A stretch of DNA of 36,003 bases from a virus. Lineage: Duplodnaviria; Caudoviricetes. The position numbers and the translations under genes were made by a program. Below the pieces are notes generated by a model. It had not been told where the DNA came from. It made no database searches and saw nothing but the letters and a program-made list of their open reading frames with translations. Location of the stretch: positions 1 through 36,003 of the IMG/VR virus record IMGVR_UViG_3300037311_000466; one strand, written 5' to 3'. Of this stretch, positions 26,505-33,144 are shown piece by piece (position 1 is the first letter of the stretch; the number at the start of each line of letters is the position of its first letter).

Positions 26505-26536
26505 AATAAAAGGCGGCCAATTGACCGCCTTTTATT
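26505..26536. terminator. Bidirectional intrinsic terminator ending the early/middle operon
   Basis: AATAAAAGGCGG-CCAATTGA-CCGCCTTTTATT, a perfect 12-bp inverted repeat with A/T tails. Confidence 0.75.
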
Positions 26537-26605
26537 CCAACCTAAAAAATTTATATGCAATCTTAAAATTCCTAAGCAAATACAACAAAAACTCAACCAA
26601 TTTGC

Positions 26606-26818
26606 TTATTTTTTAAACATTCTTTTCCTCCTCTTCCAAATTACCTGCATTCGCGCCCTGATAGCCAAGCCGCTCCGATGCGGCAGCCGATAACGAATTG
26701 TGCGTAAATCCGGCCAATGATTCCACAAAATTTGCTCTTCCATTCTACACCATCGGCTATTTTTCACCAGCGGTTTATCCGATTCTAAAGGCAATGTACC
26801 ATCTACCATCACAACCAA
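26606..26818 (-). CDS. Small basic protein with a Myb/SANT-like pattern
   Basis: RWCRMEEQIL...LPHRSGLAIRAR pattern and a basic tail. Confidence 0.5.
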   Translation of the reverse strand: MVVMVDGTLPLESDKPLVKNSRWCRMEEQILWNHWPDLRTIRYRLPHRSGLAIRARMQVIWKRRKRMFKK

Positions 26819-27141
26819 AATATTTTACTAAACCGAAGTTCCGGCAGAGCCTTTCTTATTTCCGCTTCTATCTCCACCCTTTGCCCTATAAGCTCCGATA
26901 ATAAGGCCCGGCTATTGATTTGAATGTGTAGCATCGCCTCCATCCGGGGCAAATAGATTCTTTCCGTTCTACTGGCTACCTTTTCACCCATCACCGCTCG
27001 CCAAGTCTCTTTAAGTTGTGCCTCGGCCAGTTTGTGGGTGTGCAAAGGCGAAGCTCCTAGCCAAGTCTTCAGTAAATCTTTCACCGTCCTAATCGGTTCT
27101 TGCGCCTTTTGCCAATAGTGATAATTATTTTCCGATACCAT
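26809..27141 (-). CDS. DUF721 / DciA-like protein
   Basis: KLAEAQLKETWRAVMGEKVASRTERIYL...LHIQINSRALLSEL...I...IF matches the DUF721 pattern W..vmG..ia.rT..i.....L.v...S..lr.EL. Confidence 0.7.
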   Translation of the reverse strand: MVSENNYHYWQKAQEPIRTVKDLLKTWLGASPLHTHKLAEAQLKETWRAVMGEKVASRTERIYLPRMEAMLHIQINSRALLSELIGQRVEIEAEIRKALPELRFSKIFWL

Positions 27142-27683
27142 TATTCTACCCCCCCTTTCACCACTTTCATTACTGTATTTTCCTCCCCTTCTGAGGGCTC
27201 GGGGCTTGTATTTGCTTTCATTTTTCCTCGTTTCCGGCTTTGCTCTTTTTTATTGAGCTTGTCGCACTGATCACACACCTGTTTTAGCTCCTCAAGCCCC
27301 AAAGCGTTCAATGGTTTTTTCACTGTTCCTTTGGCCATCAGCCAGCTGTCCACTTGTTGAGCTACATCGCCTTTCATTGCAAAAGTATCGCGCAAAACTG
27401 AAAAAATCTTTCTCCGCATCTGATTCATACTTTCAAACTCCTTCTCCGCATCCGTTTTATTTTCCGCTGAATAGGCAGTAGCCAAATCAGCTACCAATTT
27501 TACCAGTTCCTCATCCGTCAAAAAGCGATAATCATTTGCCCGATTTTCGCTATGAAGTTTAATCAACCTAATTTTTTCTTGGCTATTGATTTGTAGCCTT
27601 CCGGTATAAAAATTAAACTTTACATACAATTCCTTACGCTCTTGGGAACTAATAGCCCCCGTTTTTTCCTTTGTCGTCTCCAT
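27141..27683 (-). CDS. GemA (Mu gp16)-like protein
   Basis: LTDEELVKLVADL...MRRKIFS...KKPLNAL...ELKQV pattern; middle-operon position. Confidence 0.5.
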   Translation of the reverse strand: METTKEKTGAISSQERKELYVKFNFYTGRLQINSQEKIRLIKLHSENRANDYRFLTDEELVKLVADLATAYSAENKTDAEKEFESMNQMRRKIFSVLRDTFAMKGDVAQQVDSWLMAKGTVKKPLNALGLEELKQVCDQCDKLNKKEQSRKRGKMKANTSPEPSEGEENTVMKVVKGGVE

Positions 27684-27689
27684 TTCTCT

Positions 27690-27998
27690 TTACGTTAAAT
27701 AAGTTTGTTGGATTAAATCTCTTAACTCGATAATCAAATAATTTTGAGGCAATAGTCCTGAAAAATTCCAAAATGCAAGAGCTTCTGAGGCTTTGAATAT
27801 GAGCTTATTGGTAGGTTTGGGTAAAGTGAATTTTATGGAATTACGTTTATAAAATTCTGTGAGAGCCGCCAGAGCCATTTTATTTTTTAAATCGTAGCGG
27901 TCTATATATTGCCATTTTTTGCTAATTAATCCGGCAACAACCCCACCAAACCACACCAACTCGTCCTTATCCATCTTAAAACTCACCTTTTCTTGCAT
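27690..27998 (-). CDS. Hypothetical phage protein
   Basis: Co-oriented 102-aa ORF with tight spacing to its neighbours. Confidence 0.55.
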   Translation of the reverse strand: MQEKVSFKMDKDELVWFGGVVAGLISKKWQYIDRYDLKNKMALAALTEFYKRNSIKFTLPKPTNKLIFKASEALAFWNFSGLLPQNYLIIELRDLIQQTYLT

Positions 27999-28004
27999 TT
28001 TATT

Positions 28005-28029
28005 TAATCATTTGATTATCAATTACTTA
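28005..28029. promoter_or_regulatory. 25-bp palindrome, copy 3
   Basis: TAA TCATT TGATTATCA ATTAC TTA; 6 nt upstream of the 27998 start. Confidence 0.7.
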
Positions 28030-28045
28030 CTATTTTTCTATATTT

Positions 28046-28081
28046 CCCCCTCCCTCAAAGGGGAGGGCTAAGGGTGGGGGG
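28046..28081. repeat. REP-like GC-rich palindrome downstream of the amidase gene
   Basis: CCCCCTCCCTCAAAGGGGAGGGCTAAGGGTGGGGGG. Confidence 0.65.
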
Positions 28082-28933
28082 TCAAACTTGATAATACTCT
28101 TTCAAACCCATCACCCAAGCATCCGTAACCGCTTCCATAAACTCATTATTCTTAATGAGTTGGTAATCTTCCCAATTGGTAAAAAATAAGGTTTCAAAAA
28201 TCATTGCGGGCATCACAGTCATCAAAACCTCCTGATAATCTCCTTCGTAATCTCCATCCCCATCCCTTAAATCCTCGCGGTAAGCAATCTTAAACCTTTG
28301 TGTTTGTGCTTTAAAATGCTTCCAAAGTACTGTAGCAATAAGGTCTGACTCGGTCTTACCTCTTGAGGTAAAGTGCGAAGCTCCTCGCGCCTCAATGGAT
28401 TGGCCTTGATTTTCCATCCCGTGGGCATTGAAGTGAATACCCAACCAAACTGCCCGTCCTTTTTTCGGCAATACTTCTACGTTGTAGTCGTTATTAGCCA
28501 AATTAGTCCGCTCCCAGTTTTCGCGGTCTTGAGTGTTATGCCCTGTATAAAACACTCTAAACCCCGCTTCCGTCAGTTTTTGCCCCAGTCTTTTACCATA
28601 CACCCTATTCCAGTAACCTTCGTAGGCAGTCTCCATCAACTTTCCCTGTCTATCTAAAAAACTATAGTATTTACCGTGGTGTGCAAAAGTTAGGTACTTG
28701 CCATTCACAAAATCACCGTGCCCCCAGTTGACATATACTGACACTCCATTGGATTTTGTGTTAATTGGCAAATCTTGAGCTTTTGGAGCATCTCCCATTG
28801 CTTTTATGGCTTTATCTATTTCGTGCATTTGCTCCCACGCTATTTGCATCCCCTTCGTGAAGGCCACCTCTACCTCATTCAAAGCCTTTCGCAATACTTT
28901 GCTTGCTTCTTTTAACTCTTCTTGATTGCTCAT
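28082..28933 (-). CDS. N-acetylmuramoyl-L-alanine amidase (Amidase_3), probable endolysin
   Basis: Zn-ligand and catalytic motifs NWGHG, YEGYWN, GIHFNA and FETLFFTN. Confidence 0.85.
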   Translation of the reverse strand: MSNQEELKEASKVLRKALNEVEVAFTKGMQIAWEQMHEIDKAIKAMGDAPKAQDLPINTKSNGVSVYVNWGHGDFVNGKYLTFAHHGKYYSFLDRQGKLMETAYEGYWNRVYGKRLGQKLTEAGFRVFYTGHNTQDRENWERTNLANNDYNVEVLPKKGRAVWLGIHFNAHGMENQGQSIEARGASHFTSRGKTESDLIATVLWKHFKAQTQRFKIAYREDLRDGDGDYEGDYQEVLMTVMPAMIFETLFFTNWEDYQLIKNNEFMEAVTDAWVMGLKEYYQV

Positions 28934-28957
28934 AAAAATAAAATTTGTTTTTGATTT

Positions 28958-28991
28958 AAAAAATAACGCCTATATTTTGAGCATATAGGCG
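28958..28991 (-). terminator. Putative intrinsic terminator upstream of the amidase gene
   Basis: CGCCTATAT/ATATAGGCG stem (28967-28991) followed on the minus strand by TTATTTTTT. Confidence 0.5.
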
Positions 28992-29010
28992 CAAAAAAAA
29001 TGGCCTAATT

Positions 29011-29514
29011 TTAGGCCGATTCCGGCACTGGCAAACTAATTACCACTTTATACTCTTCCTCATTGATACCATCCACAAACCCGCCAAAATCCTCGTCTTT
29101 TTCGGCCAGCTTATTTTTGATATACTTTAGGCTGAAATCAAACTTCGGGGTTCCGTCTTTTTCTTTCAACACGGCATCCGGAAACTTACGCACAAAAGCT
29201 CCCCAAACTTTAGGGTTATGAAAGCTCTCACAAAAAACCACGCGGGGCGTTCTTTTAATTTGAACGGTGATGTTTCCAAAGTCCGTTTTTTCTTCCGAAA
29301 ACTCTGCCGGGTTTTCTTTCACATAAGCATACACTTCTTTTTCAATCTCGAGTAGCTCTTTCTCCACCTGTGATAATGAATACTCCTTGAGCCGCTTGAT
29401 AGCCTGCACTACTTCTTCCCGTTGTTTAATCAGCCGGGGGTAGTTTTCCTTGAGTTTTTTCAAAACCTTGTTTTTACTTACTCCTTCCTTTTTTTCTGTT
29501 TCTACTGTGTCCAT
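29011..29514 (-). CDS. Possible Gam-like host-nuclease inhibitor
   Basis: 167 aa with a long N-terminal helix, then YVKENP.EF...KTDFGNITVQIKRTPRV; typical position in Mu-like early operons. Confidence 0.5.
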   Translation of the reverse strand: MDTVETEKKEGVSKNKVLKKLKENYPRLIKQREEVVQAIKRLKEYSLSQVEKELLEIEKEVYAYVKENPAEFSEEKTDFGNITVQIKRTPRVVFCESFHNPKVWGAFVRKFPDAVLKEKDGTPKFDFSLKYIKNKLAEKDEDFGGFVDGINEEEYKVVISLPVPESA

Positions 29515-29674
29515 AAATATACTTTAAATTGGGTTTAAATTGTTCGTAAATATCCTTTAACCTATTCCAGATAGCCGCCCCCAGATGGGGGCTTTCGTGT
29601 GCGTCCGTATGTGCCAGCCAGATTGATCCGCCAACCACTAGCACAAATACCAAAATCAAGCTTATTAAGTCCAT
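29474..29674 (-). CDS. Small membrane protein
   Basis: N-terminal TM helix and basic tail. Confidence 0.45.
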   Translation of the reverse strand: MDLISLILVFVLVVGGSIWLAHTDAHESPHLGAAIWNRLKDIYEQFKPNLKYIYGHSRNRKKGRSK

Positions 29675-29677
29675 TTA

Positions 29678-29911
29678 TCAAATCTTTATATCACTCATAG
29701 AAATCACCTTTGACTCTAGCTCCTTGATTTCTATTTCTGCCAACTCTACTTGTTCCTTAGTGTAATTCAAACGCTCTCTCTGATTATCCAGAGCCGACTG
29801 CACGTTTTGATTATAAGCCTCTATTATCTCTATCAATTGCGCCCTTTGCGCGTTCAAATTCAGCCTGTTAAAGCTTTTTGTAATATCAGAGATCACTTTT
29901 TCTTCTTCCAT
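29678..29911 (-). CDS. Hypothetical coiled-coil protein
   Basis: Co-oriented ORF packed tightly in the operon. Confidence 0.55.
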   Translation of the reverse strand: MEEEKVISDITKSFNRLNLNAQRAQLIEIIEAYNQNVQSALDNQRERLNYTKEQVELAEIEIKELESKVISMSDIKI

Positions 29912-30114
29912 TTTACGCCTCCTTTCTTGCGTTTTTTCTTTGGGGGGGTTTTGTTACTATTAAGTGGTTTTAGCTTTTGCATTCGTTGTTCGGCATCAAA
30001 TTTTTTAGCCGCTTCCTGCAATTGCTCAAAATCCTTCATCCATTCATCGTAGCTCTTTTTCTCATACAAATCATCCAAAGATACATTTGGGTCATAATTC
30101 GGGTCATAACTCAT
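29893..30114 (-). CDS. Hypothetical protein with acidic N-terminus and very basic C-terminus
   Basis: Overlaps both neighbouring ORFs. Confidence 0.5.
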   Translation of the reverse strand: MSYDPNYDPNVSLDDLYEKKSYDEWMKDFEQLQEAAKKFDAEQRMQKLKPLNSNKTPPKKKRKKGGVKWKKKK

Positions 30115-30482
30115 CCTTCACCTCCTTCGTCTTCAAAATTTTCACCGGCATTTGTTTCAGCAATATCACAAGACCTACAAAGTCCGTTATTTTCCGCCCA
30201 CTCTATCTCACTTATTTCATCTTCACAGATAGAGCAGGTGTAAGGATTTTGTATCTCCACACTCTCCCCACAGTTCGGACACCAATGCTCATACCCTTTT
30301 CCTTTACAAGTATCACAAACCTCACATTCATCTACATCATACCAAAGCGGGTCTTCATCAAAGCGATTAACAAGCCCATCTTCACACTCCCGGCACTCGC
30401 GGTGGTGGGTTTTCTCGTGTCCGCAATGCGGGCAGGAGGTATCATAATCCACCTCAAAATCATCATCAAAAGTACACATCAC
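30111..30482 (-). CDS. Cys-rich multi-zinc-finger protein
   Basis: Six CxxC pairs (CPHC, CREC, CDTC, CPNC, CSIC, CRSC), including the DnaJ-like CDTCKGKG. Confidence 0.7.
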   Translation of the reverse strand: MMCTFDDDFEVDYDTSCPHCGHEKTHHRECRECEDGLVNRFDEDPLWYDVDECEVCDTCKGKGYEHWCPNCGESVEIQNPYTCSICEDEISEIEWAENNGLCRSCDIAETNAGENFEDEGGEG

Positions 30483-31165
30483 CCCAAAACCTCCTTCATC
30501 ACCCCATTGAGCATTGTATTAACTCCCCTTTCAAGGGCTTGGGGGTTTATATCCAAACTCAATTGCTCGCCCGCCTTTTTTCTCCGCTCAAAAATCGTAA
30601 TCCGTTTCTCCTCCGCAAACCGGCTCTCTACCTTGGCCGTACCTTCATAGCAAAAAACTTTAATGTCTGCTGCGTGCAAAATATCCGTACCGCCTTTGAT
30701 TTTCCCCTTGCCGTTCATTTGCGAGATGATGATAAAGATTTTAGAAGGATAGCGATTAATCAACTGCTTAAACTGCTCATAAGTCAAATTCATATAGTTA
30801 GAGCTATCAATCACTACCACTTTGTAACTTTTGCGTTTAAAATCATCGCTCATCATCTCCTCAAATGAGTATTTCTCTAACAAGAAGATTTTGTCTAGGT
30901 TCTGAATTTTATTACTTTCCACCCTATCCTGAAAAGTTTTGGCTATCCCTTCCTCCCAGCTATTATAACCCACCTTGCCAAACTTGGCCAAGTAATCACA
31001 CAAGCGCAAAACCAGCGTACTTTTTCCACTTCCACTTTTACCCCAAAACACTGCCTTAAAATTCGATTCGGGTTGCCCCAGCCACTCCTTCCATTGCCCA
31101 TCAAAAGCCAATATTTTAAATTGCTTCTCCCGAAGCGTTCTTAAACTAATTACTCTTTGCTTCAT
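30479..31165 (-). CDS. RecA/Sms-like P-loop ATPase
   Basis: Walker A GKSGSGKS, YNSWEEG, Walker B VVVIDS, IIISQ and HAADIKV. Confidence 0.8.
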   Translation of the reverse strand: MKQRVISLRTLREKQFKILAFDGQWKEWLGQPESNFKAVFWGKSGSGKSTLVLRLCDYLAKFGKVGYNSWEEGIAKTFQDRVESNKIQNLDKIFLLEKYSFEEMMSDDFKRKSYKVVVIDSSNYMNLTYEQFKQLINRYPSKIFIIISQMNGKGKIKGGTDILHAADIKVFCYEGTAKVESRFAEEKRITIFERRKKAGEQLSLDINPQALERGVNTMLNGVMKEVLG

Positions 31166-31466
31166 CTTCCATTTCTTTAATTAGTTTCAACTCATTGATA
31201 AGATTAGCCTTTCGGATATTAACTACCCGCAACTGGGCTACATTTTCATTCGGATTACTATCATAGATGCGTCTAAGCTTGGCCTCTTGTCCGACTATCT
31301 CCGCCATCAGCTCCACCAACTCCCCTTTCCTTTCCTTTAGTTTTCTCGGCAATTCCGTAAGCTTCAAATAACCTCTACCGTTATCACTGACTATAAACCC
31401 TCTAAATGGGTCTTCCTTCTGCAACTCAATATGCCTTTTCAAAGCATACGCATTATAACTCTCCAT
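31146..31466 (-). CDS. Hypothetical protein
   Basis: Co-oriented ORF overlapping the ATPase start. Confidence 0.55.
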   Translation of the reverse strand: MESYNAYALKRHIELQKEDPFRGFIVSDNGRGYLKLTELPRKLKERKGELVELMAEIVGQEAKLRRIYDSNPNENVAQLRVVNIRKANLINELKLIKEMEDEAKSN

Positions 31467-31473
31467 AATTTTA

Positions 31474-31498
31474 TAATTTATTGATTATCAATGATTTA
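31474..31498. promoter_or_regulatory. 25-bp palindrome, copy 4
   Basis: TAA TTTAT TGATTATCA ATGAT TTA; fills the 33-bp gap, 7 nt upstream of the 31466 start. Confidence 0.7.
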
Positions 31499-31499
31499 C

Positions 31500-31790
31500 T
31501 CAATCTTGTTTAAACCTTATCCATCGCCTTTTTTCCCTTTTCTTCGCCCGATACACCCGCTGTATTAGTCCCTCTTCGCTTTGGCTAAGGGTGAGGTGTT
31601 GAACCTCCAAATCATCCCTGAAATCAGTTACCCACATCACCGCCCCACTATCCCTAAGCTGATGTATGTATTGTGCACATCCACCCTCATTCCAGCCCGT
31701 TTGCTCTTGGAGCCAGCGCATCATTTCGCCCCAGTCCGGCCTATTTTGGCTGATAAACCGCAAGACGATTCGTTTAAAAGCCCTGCTCAT
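31500..31790 (-). CDS. Hypothetical protein, possible winged helix
   Basis: IVLRFISQN...YIHQLRDSGAV pattern. Confidence 0.5.
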   Translation of the reverse strand: MSRAFKRIVLRFISQNRPDWGEMMRWLQEQTGWNEGGCAQYIHQLRDSGAVMWVTDFRDDLEVQHLTLSQSEEGLIQRVYRAKKREKRRWIRFKQD

Positions 31791-32130
31791 AATTCATCCA
31801 TTTAGTATCCACACTACTATACTTACCTTGCCACACCAGATAATCCGGCGATTCCTTCCATTTTCGCAGAGCCGCCAAATTACTTTCCGCTTCGATAAAA
31901 AAATGTCGCGCTTGCCCTAGCATTTCTTCTGCAAATTCCGGCTTCACCACAATACACAATTCAAACAGCTTTTTCTTTTCCATACTATCTGCATTATAAG
32001 TTACCAGTTGCACCTTAGCACATTTTGACCAAGGAGCCAAAGCCTGATTAGCCTCATACAGCTCCAAAGTTTCTTTCAATTGAGTGAGTCGCTCTTTGAG
32101 CCGCCACACCCTAGCATCGTCTATTTGCAT
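31774..32130 (-). CDS. Hypothetical protein (start revised to ATG at 32130)
   Basis: The ATG (MQIDD) is preceded by an A-rich tract; the TTG start in the ORF track falls inside palindrome copy 5. Confidence 0.55.
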   Translation of the reverse strand: MQIDDARVWRLKERLTQLKETLELYEANQALAPWSKCAKVQLVTYNADSMEKKKLFELCIVVKPEFAEEMLGQARHFFIEAESNLAALRKWKESPDYLVWQGKYSSVDTKWMNYEQGF

Positions 32131-32136
32131 ATTTTT

Positions 32137-32161
32137 TAATTTACTGATTATCAACCACTTA
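32137..32161. promoter_or_regulatory. 25-bp palindrome, copy 5
   Basis: TAA TTTAC TGATTATCA ACCAC TTA; 6 nt upstream of ATG 32130. Confidence 0.7.
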
Positions 32162-32190
32162 TTTTTAAAAATCCAGACTTGTCGGGGTTT

Positions 32191-33132
32191 TTAAGGCTGT
32201 TTAAATATCTCCCGCATTAATCCCAAACTCACCCCCAAATTAGCCTCCGTAGCATATTGCAGAGTTTTACTTACATACCGGCGCAATTCTCGGTATTGCT
32301 GATGTTCACAGTATTTCACCAGCCAGTCTACCACCGCTTTATCCTCAAAGCCCTTCCCGATTTCGCGGCAAGCCGCCTTAATATCGTCCTTACTCAAGGT
32401 TTCAAAATGCTTCACACTATCGTATTGTTGTAGGCGAGTAGCGATTTGTTCAAATTTCATCACCATTTTAAGGAAAGGTTTTCTAGGCTTATCCGCCCCC
32501 AGTATTACCAGCCCGATTCTATCTTCCAAATCCACCAACAAATCCTTCACCGCCGTCCAGCACGTCAAACTTAACTCTTCCGCTTCATCAATGATAAGCA
32601 GCGGTTTCTGCATATTGGCAAACTGCTGCGTGATCAATTTCCGAATCTTAGCCCTACTCTCTCGCCCCTCTAGTTTCACCCCCAAGGTCTCCGCCAGCGT
32701 GAGCATAAATTCTTTGGGCGAATAATCACTTTTAGCCGCTATTAAATAAGTTTCATTCGGATTTTCCTTTACAAATCTTTGTGCCATATAGCTTTTGCCG
32801 GTTCCAGCCTTCCCATTAATCAGCCGGGTTTGTTGGTCAAGTTTAGCCTCTGTCATCGCCAGTTCTCCGGTGCTATAGTTGCGCGTATCCAAATGAAACC
32901 AATAACTCTCCGTTACTTTATAGCCGGTTACTCTCGCTATCGCCAAAAAATATTTATCATCTATCGGCGAGTCCTTACCGCTTACCTGAATACTAAATTT
33001 ATCATTTCGGATATGGCTCAACTGAGCTTCGCCCACCGCCGCCAGTTTTGAAAATCGGCTCTGGGTAGTATTTTGATTTTTGAGATACTGCCGCAAACTC
33101 TCGGCTATCTCTCTTTTTACTTCTTCGCGCAT
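32191..33132 (-). CDS. MuB-like AAA+ transposition ATPase
   Basis: N-terminal HTH, Walker A GKAGTGKS, Walker B LLIIDEAE and GLVILG; directly after the transposase gene. Confidence 0.85.
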   Translation of the reverse strand: MREEVKREIAESLRQYLKNQNTTQSRFSKLAAVGEAQLSHIRNDKFSIQVSGKDSPIDDKYFLAIARVTGYKVTESYWFHLDTRNYSTGELAMTEAKLDQQTRLINGKAGTGKSYMAQRFVKENPNETYLIAAKSDYSPKEFMLTLAETLGVKLEGRESRAKIRKLITQQFANMQKPLLIIDEAEELSLTCWTAVKDLLVDLEDRIGLVILGADKPRKPFLKMVMKFEQIATRLQQYDSVKHFETLSKDDIKAACREIGKGFEDKAVVDWLVKYCEHQQYRELRRYVSKTLQYATEANLGVSLGLMREIFKQP

Positions 33133-33144
33133 ACAAATTAAATT

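Noticed and set aside
6627-32161. The 25-bp palindromes as CRISPR repeats or FNR boxes
   Set aside because: They are dispersed rather than arrayed, no cas genes are present, and FNR boxes need a 4-nt spacer between TTGAT and ATCAA whereas these have 1 nt.
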